From a virus, in IMG/VR virus record IMGVR_UViG_3300020430_000009: DNA of 64,000 nt. One strand, written 5' to 3'. The notes under the pieces are model-generated. The model searched no databases, was not told where the DNA came from, and saw only the letters and a program-made list of their open reading frames with translations. Made by a program: the position numbers and the translations under genes. Shown piece after piece: positions 20,371 to 30,143 of this stretch. Within the stretch, counting starts at the first letter, position 1; the number at the start of each line of letters is the position of its first letter.

Positions 20371-20595
20371 ATGACTACAATAGCAATACCAGCATTCGCA
20401 TGTAAAGCATGTGAAGCTATTTCTTCTTTCTTTAAGAGAGCACTAAAAAACTATCAGTTTGCCAGACAAATGGCTGCTAATAGAGAGATCGCGAGTCAAA
20501 TGATTCATTTAGGTTTTAATCAGCAAAAAGAGTATGAGCAAATTTTGCAAAAGATGAATGATAGAACCATTGAAGAATACCATTCGAGGTACTAA
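20371..20595 (+). CDS. Small protein, DUF1127-like
   Basis: Short basic helical ORF with strong SD (GAGGA) after hsp20; family call tentative. Confidence 0.4.
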   Translation: MTTIAIPAFACKACEAISSFFKRALKNYQFARQMAANREIASQMIHLGFNQQKEYEQILQKMNDRTIEEYHSRY

Positions 20596-20596
20596 T

Positions 20597-20641
20597 ATGT
20601 GGCCCTATACTGAAGAAGAAAATGACTTTTTGTCAAAATAA
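20597..20641 (+). CDS. 14-aa small ORF MWPYTEEENDFLSK
   Basis: GAGG SD 6 nt upstream; fills the gap between the previous stop and the terminator. Confidence 0.35.
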   Translation: MWPYTEEENDFLSK

Positions 20642-20650
20642 ATCCCCACA

Positions 20651-20676
20651 GGCGTAGGCGTCAGTCTACGCCTTTT
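20651..20676 (+). terminator. Rho-independent terminator of hsp20 unit
   Basis: GGCGTAG-N8-CTACGCC-TTTT. Confidence 0.75.
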
Positions 20677-20680
20677 CCAT

Positions 20681-20688
20681 TATAAATA
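20681..20688 (+). promoter_or_regulatory. T4-type late promoter
   Basis: TATAAATA before the lysozyme gene. Confidence 0.8.
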
Positions 20689-20708
20689 GATATTTAAGGA
20701 GTAAAATA

Positions 20709-21152
20709 ATGGATATTGATAAGCTAAGAGAAGAGCTGACTGTAGACGAAGGTTGTAAATACGAAATCTATAAAGACCATCTAGGCTATCCAACTTTTGG
20801 TATTGGCCACCTTGTAACTGAGGCTGATCCAGAGAAAGGAATGGAAATTGGTACTCCAGTTTCTGAAGAAAGAGTCATAGAAGTCTTTGAAAGAGATATT
20901 GAAATTACTTTAGCCGAATGTCAAAAACTTTACGATGATTGGTCAGATTTACCAGAAGAAGTCCAGCTAATTGTGGCTAACATGATGTTCAACATGGGAT
21001 TGCCTAGACTTTCTAAGTTTAAAGGTATGAAAGCCGGTGTTGATGCTAAAGACTGGAATAAAGCTGCTGATGAAATGGTTGATTCTAGATGGTATAAACA
21101 AGTAACCAATCGAGCTGATAGATTAGTTGAGAGGATGAGAGCCCTTGCCTAA
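20709..21152 (+). CDS. Phage lysozyme (GH24, T4 e-like)
   Basis: DEGCKYEIYKDHLGYPTFGIGH catalytic E/D/T pattern, NMMFNMG, SRWYKQVTNRA. Confidence 0.92.
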   Translation: MDIDKLREELTVDEGCKYEIYKDHLGYPTFGIGHLVTEADPEKGMEIGTPVSEERVIEVFERDIEITLAECQKLYDDWSDLPEEVQLIVANMMFNMGLPRLSKFKGMKAGVDAKDWNKAADEMVDSRWYKQVTNRADRLVERMRALA

Positions 21153-21411
21153 CGACGATTTCTTTGATTTTGGTTTTACCGCAGTTACTGAAGATGAACT
21201 TGAAGTTGTAACAAAAAAGACTACTGAAGTTGCCTCTGCTAAAGAAGCCGCTGAAACTACGCAAGATAGACTAGATAGACTTTTTAACGCTATAACACCT
21301 TTACTTACTAACTTAAAAGCTAATCCAGAGAAAGAGTATATTCTTTGGCCTAACCGTTTAGAAAAGGTAGAGCAATTCGAGGACCACATACAAAAAATTT
21401 ACCGAGGGTGA
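21145..21411 (+). CDS. Hypothetical protein
   Basis: FDFGFTAV...NPEKEYILWPNR; overlaps lysozyme stop. Confidence 0.6.
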   Translation: MPNDDFFDFGFTAVTEDELEVVTKKTTEVASAKEAAETTQDRLDRLFNAITPLLTNLKANPEKEYILWPNRLEKVEQFEDHIQKIYRG

Positions 21412-21419
21412 TTTTTTTG

Positions 21420-21447
21420 TTTACTTTTCCGTCGAATATGTTATAAT
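21420..21447 (+). promoter_or_regulatory. Sigma70-like promoter
   Basis: TTTACT-N16-TATAAT. Confidence 0.6.
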
Positions 21448-21454
21448 ATAAACA

Positions 21455-22060
21455 ATGGTAAAGTTTAAACAATTTTTAGAAGAACAATCAGGAAAAGGTT
21501 TAACTATCTTTGACATTGATGAAACCATGTTTAAGACTTCTGCTAAGGTTGAAGTTAAAAAAGACGGTAAGACTATAAAGAAACTCGACAATCAGCAATT
21601 CAATAATTACAAACTTAAAACTGGCGAGAAGTTTGATTTTGGCCAGTTTACTAACGCTGAAATTTTCAATAAAACTTCTACACCGATCGCAAGAATGATT
21701 AACAAAGTTAAGGCTATACTTAAGAACGCAACGAAGAGAGGTTCAAGAGTAATAATTGTTACGGCAAGACCTAACTTTGATAACAAAGATCTTTTTCTAG
21801 ATACTTTTAGAAATCAAGGAATTGACATAGATAAAATCTATGTTGAAAGAGCTGGCAACCTTGGTACAGGTCCAGCAGCAGAAAACAAGAAAGTTATTTT
21901 TAGAAAATATTTAGATCAAAAAATATTCAAAAGAATAAGATTATTTGATGATGCTAAATCTAATCTAAAAGCTTTCTTATCATTACAAAACAACTACCCC
22001 GGAGTTAGCTTTGAAGCATTCTTAGCTAAACCAAACGGCTCTGTTTCACGAGTAAGATAA
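21455..22060 (+). CDS. HAD-superfamily phosphatase-like protein with capsid-targeting-like N-terminus
   Basis: FDIDET motif I, VTAR motif II, K, LFDD motif IV; starts MVKFKQFLEE. Confidence 0.75.
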   Translation: MVKFKQFLEEQSGKGLTIFDIDETMFKTSAKVEVKKDGKTIKKLDNQQFNNYKLKTGEKFDFGQFTNAEIFNKTSTPIARMINKVKAILKNATKRGSRVIIVTARPNFDNKDLFLDTFRNQGIDIDKIYVERAGNLGTGPAAENKKVIFRKYLDQKIFKRIRLFDDAKSNLKAFLSLQNNYPGVSFEAFLAKPNGSVSRVR

Positions 22061-22069
22061 GGAGTAAAA

Positions 22070-23092
22070 ATGAAACCGTTAAAGCACGCACTGGCAGTGC
22101 TATCACTGTCACTTTTGTTCTGTTTTCCAGCTTTCGCAGACAAACTGAAAGTTGGCTTCATCTATGTAGGACCAGTTGGAGATCATGGTTGGACTTACAT
22201 GCATGACAAAGGACGTCAAGCTATTGAAAACGAGTTTGGCGATAAAGTAGAAACTACATATATGGAAAGCGTAAAGTATGGTCCTGAGGCAGAAACAGCC
22301 ATAAGAAATATGGCTAATGCTGGCATGGACATTATCTTTGCGACTTCTTTTGGTTACATGGAACCAATGTTAAAAGTAGCTAAAGAGTTTCCAAACGTAA
22401 AATTTGAACACGCAACTGGCTATAAGACTAATGACAATATGTCAGTATACTCTTCTAAGTTTTATCAAGGAAGATATATTCAAGGTGTTATCGCTGGCCA
22501 CATGAGTGACAAAGGAAAAGCAGGTTACATTGCATCGTTTCCAATTCCTGAAGTCATCAGAGGAATCAATGCATTTTACTTAGGTGCTGCGTCGGTAAAT
22601 CCAAAGTTCGATCTTGACATCGTATGGGTTAACACGTGGTATGATCCTGTAAAAGAGTCAGATGCAGCTAAAGTTCTAATTGCTGAAGGCTCAGACATTA
22701 TCACACAGCATACAGATAGTCCAGCGGCTCTGCAGGCAGCTGAAAAAGCAGGCGTATACGCATTTGGACAGGCTAGTGATATGATTCAATTTGCTCCTAA
22801 AGCTCAACTTACTTCTATTATTGATGACTGGGCTCCTTATTACGTGTCAAGAGTTAAGGCAGTAATGGATGGAACGTGGAAGTCATCTGATACATGGGGA
22901 GGCATGGACACCGGCATGGTGAAAATGGCACCTATGACTAACATGAATGACGTTCTTGCAGCTCATGCTGAGCAACTGATATATGAAATCAAAAACGGAA
23001 AATTTGATCCATTTGGTGGTAAATATACAGAAAAAGAGCTGTTAACCATGAATAAATATGTTAAAGGGATTGATGCAACGGTGCCGCAATAA
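22070..23092 (+). CDS. BMP-family ABC transporter substrate-binding protein (purine nucleoside type)
   Basis: Signal peptide, KVGFIYVGPVGDHGWT, FATSFGYM, EHATGYK, ITQHTDSPA. Confidence 0.9.
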   Translation: MKPLKHALAVLSLSLLFCFPAFADKLKVGFIYVGPVGDHGWTYMHDKGRQAIENEFGDKVETTYMESVKYGPEAETAIRNMANAGMDIIFATSFGYMEPMLKVAKEFPNVKFEHATGYKTNDNMSVYSSKFYQGRYIQGVIAGHMSDKGKAGYIASFPIPEVIRGINAFYLGAASVNPKFDLDIVWVNTWYDPVKESDAAKVLIAEGSDIITQHTDSPAALQAAEKAGVYAFGQASDMIQFAPKAQLTSIIDDWAPYYVSRVKAVMDGTWKSSDTWGGMDTGMVKMAPMTNMNDVLAAHAEQLIYEIKNGKFDPFGGKYTEKELLTMNKYVKGIDATVPQ

Positions 23093-23113
23093 TTACTTTA
23101 ATATAGGTAAATA

Positions 23114-23431
23114 ATGAATGACAGAAATAAAATAATGTCTCAGGTTGTTAAAAACTTAGAACAAGTATACGATCCTGAAATGCCAAGTATTTCTGTCATT
23201 CATCTAGGACTAATATACGATATAGAGATACTAGAAGATAATACTTTAGTTAAAATTACGCACACACTTACAAGCGCTTTTTGTCCAATGGCTGATGAAA
23301 TAAATCAGAATATACAAAAGGCTGGTATGGTTGAAGGTATAAAAGAGTGCATTGCAAACTGCACGTTTCAACCGCCGTTCAGTATGGACATGGTTCCTGA
23401 AGAAACAAAAATGGCAATGGGGTGGCTATAA
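23114..23431 (+). CDS. Fe-S biogenesis DUF59/SufT (MIP18-like) protein
   Basis: VYDPEMPSISVIHLGLIYDI, TLTSAFCP, PPFSMDM. Confidence 0.88.
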   Translation: MNDRNKIMSQVVKNLEQVYDPEMPSISVIHLGLIYDIEILEDNTLVKITHTLTSAFCPMADEINQNIQKAGMVEGIKECIANCTFQPPFSMDMVPEETKMAMGWL

Positions 23432-24045
23432 TGAGAAACTTTAAATATTTTACTGAAAACTTTAAATTTTTTCCAGAAGAACCATTAACAAATATATCTA
23501 TTCCTAGTCCTAATCTGGATCTCGATTCAGCAGTAGAAAAACTAAAAAAGTTAATGTCTACACGGACTCCAGAAAACGAAGAATCTATACGTTTACACGA
23601 TGAACAACCGTTCTATGCAATAGAAAAATATTGCGAAAAGAATGGATTGATGTTTCATGACAATGAAATGATGGATATTGTAAGAGACGCAAATCCAACC
23701 ATATATCATTTTAAAAACAAATTCAAACTTACAAGACCGTTTGATCACGATCGAAGTATCGCACCTATGGTAAGTACTACTAACAAAACTTTTTCTTATC
23801 CAAGTGGTCACGCCACTCAATCCATGCTGGTAGGTCTATATGTAAGTTCAAAGTTTCCGGAACATAAAGAAGGTGTAATCGAAGCTGCTAAAGAATGTGG
23901 ATATGGTAGAGTGTTAGCAGGTTGGCACTATATGCAAGATTATACAGCTGGCAATCTTCTTGCTGAAAAAATGTTTCCATTGATGAATAAATCAGACTAC
24001 GGAAAAGCTCTATCTAAAAATGATAAACTTGACAGAAAACGCTAA
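23431..24045 (+). CDS. PAP2/acid phosphatase-haloperoxidase family protein
   Basis: KNKFKLTRP, SYPSGHA, RVLAGWHY motifs; starts MRNFKYFTE. Confidence 0.85.
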   Translation: MRNFKYFTENFKFFPEEPLTNISIPSPNLDLDSAVEKLKKLMSTRTPENEESIRLHDEQPFYAIEKYCEKNGLMFHDNEMMDIVRDANPTIYHFKNKFKLTRPFDHDRSIAPMVSTTNKTFSYPSGHATQSMLVGLYVSSKFPEHKEGVIEAAKECGYGRVLAGWHYMQDYTAGNLLAEKMFPLMNKSDYGKALSKNDKLDRKR

Positions 24046-24325
24046 AGAATATTTAACAACCACCACTAAAAAAAGTGGTAAGAAATATGCTTACCTTGGA
24101 GTCCTTGGTGGTGGATGTTCTGGCTTTCAATATGAATGGCAGATGACAGACGATACAGACAAGGGAGTCTTAATAGAAGACATTCTTGTTTTAGATAAAC
24201 TAGCCGAGATGTTCGTCATAGGATGTACAGTGGATTATGTACAGGAGTTTGGCGGTTCTTATCTCAAAGTAATAAACCCTAATGCAACTGCACAATGTGG
24301 TTGCGGTGAAAGTTTTGCAGTTTAA
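24020..24325 (+). CDS. iscA: A-type Fe-S carrier IscA/ErpA/HesB
   Basis: GGGCSGFQY, VDYV, NPNATAQCGCGESF. Confidence 0.93.
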   Translation: MINLTENAKEYLTTTTKKSGKKYAYLGVLGGGCSGFQYEWQMTDDTDKGVLIEDILVLDKLAEMFVIGCTVDYVQEFGGSYLKVINPNATAQCGCGESFAV

Positions 24326-24338
24326 TTTCACTTTTTCC

Positions 24339-24367
24339 TTTACATTCATCAATTTTTGTGGTATAAT
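24339..24367 (+). promoter_or_regulatory. Sigma70-like early/middle promoter
   Basis: TTTACA-N17-TATAAT before gp43. Confidence 0.8.
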
Positions 24368-24376
24368 ACTTATATT

Positions 24377-26863
24377 ATGATGTTCTATACAAATGTTCTA
24401 AGATTTAAAAATAATATTCTCTATCGTGGTTATAGCAATGGCGAAAAAGTCATGCGCAAAGACCATTTCAAACCAAAGTTTTATGTAACATCTCAAAAAG
24501 ATACTGGTGTTTACAGTATTGACGGTAAGCCTGTTGGCTCTGTAACGTTTGAAAGTATGTGGGATGCAAACCAGTGGCTAAAACAAAATATAGATGTTTC
24601 AGGTAGAACCATATATGGCAACAAAAAATTTATTCAACAGTACATTACCGATAAGTTTCCAAAAGATATACAATTTAATCGTGACGACATCGATGTAGGT
24701 ACCTTTGATATTGAAACAGATTATGACAATGGATTTCCTACACCAAGTGAGGCTAGCCAAAAAATTCTGTCTATCACGTATAAATCATCTAAGAGTAAAT
24801 TATATCGTGTGTGGGGCTATGGCGACTTTAATGAATCAAAATCTTTAATTCAGCCTGTAAGATATTATAAATGTAAAGATGAAGCTGAGTTATTATCAAA
24901 GTTTCTTGAATTTTGGTCAAATCCAAAACGTACACCAGACGTGATCACCGGTTGGAATGTTAGGTTCTTTGATATTCCTTACCTTATTGTTCGCGTATCA
25001 AAAGTTCTAGGTGTCGGCGAAATATTTAAGTTCTCTCCATGGGGCATGCAACCTGATGCTAGAGACGTACTTAGGCGTGGTAAGTCAGAAACTGTATATG
25101 AAATCCCAGGCATTCAGTGTTTAGACTATATGGAATTATTTCAAAAGTTTGGCTACTCTTATGGCCCTCAAGAATCATATGCTCTTAATCATATCGCATA
25201 CGTAGTTCTTGGCGAAAAGAAACTATCATTTGAAGAATCAGGTTCACTTAAAAATCTTTATAAAGATGATCACCAAAAGTACATTGATTATAATATGAAA
25301 GATGTTGACTTAGTCGATCGTCTCGAAGATAAAATGGGTCTTATTACGTTGGCCATGACTATGGCTTATAAAGGTGGTGTTAATTATCAAGACACCTTTG
25401 GCGTTACAGCTATATGGGAATCTATTATATATCGAAGACTGAATCAGCAAAATAAAGTAGTTGATATTAACAATGATCCTCCTCCAGCAAAACGTGACTT
25501 TGCTGGTGGCTATGTTAAAGATCCGCAAATTGGTAGACATGATTGGGTAGTATCTTTTGATTTGAATTCTCTATATCCTAACTTAATTGTGCAGTATAAT
25601 ATGTCGCCTGAAACTATTGTCGATCAGTCAGAAGTTGAAGGTGTACAATATTATCTTGCTGGTTCAGCTGTAAAAGGTAATTTTGCAGTTGCAGCCAACG
25701 GTTCAAGATACAGAAAAGATGTTGATGGTATTATACCACAAATTATCGAAGAATATTATGATGAACGTGTATCAGTTAAGAAGATGATGCTGGCATCTCA
25801 AAAACAAATACAGGAAGGATATAGTTATGATTTGGAAAGGGATATCAACACTTTGGAAAATCGTCAAATGGCTATTAAAATCTTGCTTAATAGCCTTTAT
25901 GGTGCTCTTGGCAATCGCTATTTTCATTATTTTGATATGAGATTAGCAGAAGGCGTAACTTTATCTGGTCAACTTGCGATTCAATGGGCTGAAAAAGCAT
26001 TGAACGCATCTATGAATGAGTTGCTAGATACACAAGATGATTATGTTATTGCTATCGATACAGATTCTTTATATGTAAACTTTGGTCCACTAGTCAAAAA
26101 GTTAAATCCAAAAGATCCAGTCAAATGGCTTGATAAAATTTGTAGCGAACACTTTGAACCAGTACTGCAAAAAGCATATACAACGCTATTTGATAATATG
26201 AATGCTCATAAAAACAGAATGACTATGGCTCGTGAAGGTATATCCGACAGAGGTATTTGGACTGCAAAGAAAAGATATATTTTAAACGTACACAATAATG
26301 AAGGCGTACAATACAAAGAACCTAAACTTAAGATTATGGGCATTGAAGCCATCAAGTCATCTACACCTGAAGTTGTACGTGGTAAGTTCAAAGAAGTATT
26401 CAAAATGATTATATCAGGTTCTCAATCCGACACTCAAAAGTTTATTCAAGAGTTTAAAGAAGAGTTTAGGACATTTCAACCTGAGCAAATAGCTTTTCCA
26501 AGAAGAGTAAGTAATATATCTGACTGGTATGACAGAAAGACCATATACAAAAAGAGTTGTCCTATACATGTACGTGGTTCTTTACTCTTCAATAAGTACG
26601 TCAAAGACGCAAAGTTACAAAATAAATATGAACTAATTACAGGTGGTGATAGAATAAAATTTGTATATTTAAAACTGCCGAACCCCATAAAAGAAAACGT
26701 AATATCTTTTCATGAAGCGTTACCAAAAGAACTAAACATACATAAGTATGTCGATCATGATACGCAATTTGAAAAGACTTTTATTGAACCACTTAAACTA
26801 ATACTGGATGCTGTTGGCTGGCAGACAGAAGAACAAGCAACATTGGAGGACTTTTTTACATGA
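24377..26863 (+). CDS. gp43: Family B DNA polymerase
   Basis: [40 protein letters not shown]; uninterrupted. Confidence 0.99.
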   Translation: MMFYTNVLRFKNNILYRGYSNGEKVMRKDHFKPKFYVTSQKDTGVYSIDGKPVGSVTFESMWDANQWLKQNIDVSGRTIYGNKKFIQQYITDKFPKDIQFNRDDIDVGTFDIETDYDNGFPTPSEASQKILSITYKSSKSKLYRVWGYGDFNESKSLIQPVRYYKCKDEAELLSKFLEFWSNPKRTPDVITGWNVRFFDIPYLIVRVSKVLGVGEIFKFSPWGMQPDARDVLRRGKSETVYEIPGIQCLDYMELFQKFGYSYGPQESYALNHIAYVVLGEKKLSFEESGSLKNLYKDDHQKYIDYNMKDVDLVDRLEDKMGLITLAMTMAYKGGVNYQDTFGVTAIWESIIYRRLNQQNKVVDINNDPPPAKRDFAGGYVKDPQIGRHDWVVSFDLNSLYPNLIVQYNMSPETIVDQSEVEGVQYYLAGSAVKGNFAVAANGSRYRKDVDGIIPQIIEEYYDERVSVKKMMLASQKQIQEGYSYDLERDINTLENRQMAIKILLNSLYGALGNRYFHYFDMRLAEGVTLSGQLAIQWAEKALNASMNELLDTQDDYVIAIDTDSLYVNFGPLVKKLNPKDPVKWLDKICSEHFEPVLQKAYTTLFDNMNAHKNRMTMAREGISDRGIWTAKKRYILNVHNNEGVQYKEPKLKIMGIEAIKSSTPEVVRGKFKEVFKMIISGSQSDTQKFIQEFKEEFRTFQPEQIAFPRRVSNISDWYDRKTIYKKSCPIHVRGSLLFNKYVKDAKLQNKYELITGGDRIKFVYLKLPNPIKENVISFHEALPKELNIHKYVDHDTQFEKTFIEPLKLILDAVGWQTEEQATLEDFFT

Positions 26864-27279
26864 GTACAAATTGGTTTAAAGACATGCAAGCCATGCATGA
26901 AAAATATGGCGTAAATAAATGGATGAGCGATGAAAAGAAATCAGAGTGGTCAAGGCTATCCAAGTTTATGCAATTTCGGCTTGATATGATGCAAGAAGAA
27001 CTTGATGAAACAAAGAAAGCTTTTGAACAAAAAGACGCGCCAGAGATGGTCGATGGTATTATCGACTTATGTGTTTTCGCCATCGGCACTCTAGAAGTAT
27101 TTGGAGTAGATGCTAACAAGGCGTGGGATGAAGTATATAAAGCCAATATGGCAAAAAATGTTGGTATTAAAGAAGGTCGACCTAATCCACTTGGATTACC
27201 AGATTTGGTAAAACCAGATGGTTGGGAAGGTCCAGTACATGAGGATAATTGTGGAAATATCACTGACTCTTTTCAATAG
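26860..27279 (+). CDS. All-alpha NTP pyrophosphohydrolase (MazG/PRA-PH-like; candidate dCTPase)
   Basis: QEELDET...EMVDGIIDL acidic metal motif, KANMAK. Confidence 0.75.
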   Translation: MSTNWFKDMQAMHEKYGVNKWMSDEKKSEWSRLSKFMQFRLDMMQEELDETKKAFEQKDAPEMVDGIIDLCVFAIGTLEVFGVDANKAWDEVYKANMAKNVGIKEGRPNPLGLPDLVKPDGWEGPVHEDNCGNITDSFQ

Positions 27280-28177
27280 TATCTTCGATAATAAGACTAC
27301 GCAAAGGTTAACTTTTAAAGACTTCGATGGCTTTGAAAAGGCTTTGTATGGTTTAGCACAAAGAAGAATTAAATCTAAAAAAGACGCTCCACTTATGTCT
27401 CCTGCGCAGTACAAACCTGATACTACTCGCGCAAATGCTAACGTTACGGTATGGGCAGGCTGGTGTGCAGTTGATGTTGATGATTTTGAATTTGAAGGAG
27501 ACTTGAATGACGCACTTAATGATAGGTTTAGTAATTGGAAGTATGTTTGTTATTCTACTGCTAGTAGTACACAATCTACTCCAAAGTTTCGCCTTGTCTT
27601 CCCACTTACAAAAAATGTACAAGCTGAAAAGATTAGACATTTTTGGTATGCTCTCCAAACAGAACTTGGAGACCTGGGAGATAAGCAGACCAAAGACTTT
27701 TCTCGCATGTATTATATACCAGCAGAATACGATAATGCTTACAATTTTATTTTTAGTCATGACGGTAATCCTATCGATCCTGATACCTTGATGAGTAAGT
27801 ATCCCTATCGACAAAAAGGTGGCAATAGTTTTTTTGATAGGTTACCTGAAGATATGCAAAGAGAAATAATTGAACATAGAAAATCCAAATTAGATAATGT
27901 GAATGTGAATTGGTCCTCGTATAAGAACTGCCCGTTCCTTCCTAAACAACTCGTACAAGAGTACAAATTAATTACTAACACTGGTTGGTATCATAAGATG
28001 TATCAGATAATGGTTGCTATAGCTGGTAGAGCTGTAGAACACAAATATCCAATTACAGCTCAAGAAATTACTATATTATGTAGAGAACTTGATAGCGAAA
28101 CTGGAAACTGGTACAAGAACAGACCGATGGAAAAGGAGGCAGACCGTGCAATTGAATATGTCTATAGAGGCATTTAA
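27251..28177 (+). CDS. Putative primase of AEP/PrimPol-like type (non-DnaG)
   Basis: AVDVDD (DxD), YSTASS, PKFRLVFPL, KDFSRMYYIP; GTG start with GAGG SD; no TOPRIM motifs. Confidence 0.65.
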   Translation: MEISLTLFNSIFDNKTTQRLTFKDFDGFEKALYGLAQRRIKSKKDAPLMSPAQYKPDTTRANANVTVWAGWCAVDVDDFEFEGDLNDALNDRFSNWKYVCYSTASSTQSTPKFRLVFPLTKNVQAEKIRHFWYALQTELGDLGDKQTKDFSRMYYIPAEYDNAYNFIFSHDGNPIDPDTLMSKYPYRQKGGNSFFDRLPEDMQREIIEHRKSKLDNVNVNWSSYKNCPFLPKQLVQEYKLITNTGWYHKMYQIMVAIAGRAVEHKYPITAQEITILCRELDSETGNWYKNRPMEKEADRAIEYVYRGI

Positions 28178-28604
28178 CTGCTATAAAGATTTGGATAAAG
28201 AATTTTGGTTAAATAGAGCTGAAAAAGAAGCCAAATTAATTTACTCAAAACCAGGGCCAAGACGTGGTAGATCTTTAGAAGAAATCATAAAAACTACAGC
28301 ATTTGGTCATGCGGCAGAATGTTGGTTAATGAAAAAATATAATTTTAAAGACGACTTAAGACCATATAAAGATCTAATTTATGAAAATGTTCCAGTAGAA
28401 GTAAAAGCAGTTAATCATGTTGGCAATGTACCATACATGCTTCAAACTTGTGTAGACTATAAATTAGAGAAGTGGCGTAAGTTTCCAGATATAGTTTATA
28501 TGTTTATTGGTAACAAATTTAGTGGAGACTATCATTTTCACAAAGCATACAAGTGGAATGCCACAGCATTTCAAGGGATAACGCGTGGTGGATTGTTCGT
28601 TTGA
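28158..28604 (+). CDS. Hypothetical protein, possible PD-(D/E)xK nuclease fold
   Basis: GHAAECWL...KDL...PVEVKA pattern. Confidence 0.45.
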   Translation: MSIEAFNCYKDLDKEFWLNRAEKEAKLIYSKPGPRRGRSLEEIIKTTAFGHAAECWLMKKYNFKDDLRPYKDLIYENVPVEVKAVNHVGNVPYMLQTCVDYKLEKWRKFPDIVYMFIGNKFSGDYHFHKAYKWNATAFQGITRGGLFV

Positions 28605-28610
28605 GAAAAA

Positions 28611-28665
28611 AAATTCACTTTTAGGTGATTTTTTTGTTTACAAAGTGATTTTTTTATGGTATAAT
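28611..28665 (+). promoter_or_regulatory. Early promoter with upstream TCAC-N6-GTGA dyad
   Basis: TTCACttttagGTGAT, then TTTACA(28637)-N17-TATAAT(28660). Confidence 0.8.
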
Positions 28666-28699
28666 ATACTTATAAAAATTAATAATGAGGAGTTAAATT

Positions 28700-29065
28700 A
28701 TGGTACAATTAGAATTATTTACAAATAGCTGGGGTGTTAACTCAGGTTTTAGGAGATTAGCAGATGAGTTACATGCTCTTTTACCAATGCAAGGTAGATG
28801 TTCAAAGCCAATGTCTGATAATAAGCATTTAGAAAAGTTTAGAAGAGCTCAAAACGCAGCTTATGACTTCTTTAACAACGGTCTTTGTAACAAAAGAGGA
28901 TTGTTCATTAGTGTATTTGGTCAAGATATTGACACTTGGAATATTCCTACTTACAAAAGTTTCAGTGGATTTACTAAAGTTAGCTGGGAACAATGGGAGA
29001 GCCACATCGAAAAGATTATGACTCCTATTATTATAGCCGCGGCTAAAGAACAAGGAATTAAATAA
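28700..29065 (+). CDS. Hypothetical early protein
   Basis: Strong SD GAGGAG after promoter; YDFFNNGLCN. Confidence 0.65.
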   Translation: MVQLELFTNSWGVNSGFRRLADELHALLPMQGRCSKPMSDNKHLEKFRRAQNAAYDFFNNGLCNKRGLFISVFGQDIDTWNIPTYKSFSGFTKVSWEQWESHIEKIMTPIIIAAAKEQGIK

Positions 29066-29397
29066 TGAAAAATATGCATAGAAAAGAATCAGTAAAAGTC
29101 TTAGAAGAATGTATGCAATTGCAACTTCGCAAGTCTGAAGACTATCAAAGCAGTGGCTCCAATATTACTCAAGCCATGCATTATCGTCGTGGTGTCGATA
29201 CCATTCATGACATTATCTTAGGCAAAGTTATTCGAGCTACCTCTTTGCTCGAGTCTGGTAATAATCCAAACTTCGAGTCTCTCGAAGATACTTACAAAGA
29301 TATGATAAACTATTGCTCTTTTGCAGTATCATACATGCGTGGCAAAATGGAAGGTCAATCTACTGGTCACGATATGTTTAACCGGAAAAAATCATGA
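29065..29397 (+). CDS. Nucleotide-modification-associated all-alpha protein (Nmad1/DUF1599-like)
   Basis: RKSEDY, KVIRA, ESLEDTYKDMINY pattern. Confidence 0.7.
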   Translation: MKNMHRKESVKVLEECMQLQLRKSEDYQSSGSNITQAMHYRRGVDTIHDIILGKVIRATSLLESGNNPNFESLEDTYKDMINYCSFAVSYMRGKMEGQSTGHDMFNRKKS

Positions 29398-30143
29398 AAA
29401 TATTAATCACAGGTCATACTGGCTTTATCGGTCAAAGCTTATGGAAATATCTCAGCGAGTTTAATGATAATCAACTTATGGGTCTTGACGCAAATGACGT
29501 CAGGTCTTTTGATATTACAAAAGATAATTTAAGTGATGTCGTAAGTAATAAAGATGAAATTGATTTAGTAATACACCTTGCTGGTATTGGAGGCGTAAGA
29601 GAAAGTCTTGAAAATCCTAAGAAATATTGGGACACCAACGTCGAAGGTACTAAAAAAGTACTAAGTTTTTTTAAAAATAATTACGTGTTAGTTGCTAGTT
29701 CTAGTTCTCAATATGAACCTCATTTAAATCCATACGCGGCGAGTAAACACTTAATTGAATACATTCCACATAAGCAAGTTTGCTTTATGAGATTTCATAC
29801 AGTGTATGGTCCTAATCCAAGAGCAAAGATGTTTTTTGATAAATTACTAAATAATGAACTTAAGTACGTTACTAATCATGAAAGAGACTTTATTCATATT
29901 GATGATTTATGTACAGCCATAGATACTATAATTACAAATAAGGTTGTTGGTACTATAGATATAGGTACAGGTAATCCAGTTAGAATAGATAAGATAAGAC
30001 CTGATTTACCAGTTAAGCTTTCTACTGTCGGCGAAAGACAGAGAACCTGTGCGAATACTGCCAAGTTAAAAGCATTAGGCTGGAGACCAAACATTAACGT
30101 ACGAGATTTTTTGAAGGAGAATGGTTATGAATACAACGCGTGA
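29394..30143 (+). CDS. NAD-dependent NDP-sugar epimerase/dehydratase (extended SDR)
   Basis: TGHTGFIG, HLAG, ASSSS, YAASK, RFHTVYGP, RDFIHIDD. Confidence 0.9.
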   Translation: MKILITGHTGFIGQSLWKYLSEFNDNQLMGLDANDVRSFDITKDNLSDVVSNKDEIDLVIHLAGIGGVRESLENPKKYWDTNVEGTKKVLSFFKNNYVLVASSSSQYEPHLNPYAASKHLIEYIPHKQVCFMRFHTVYGPNPRAKMFFDKLLNNELKYVTNHERDFIHIDDLCTAIDTIITNKVVGTIDIGTGNPVRIDKIRPDLPVKLSTVGERQRTCANTAKLKALGWRPNINVRDFLKENGYEYNA

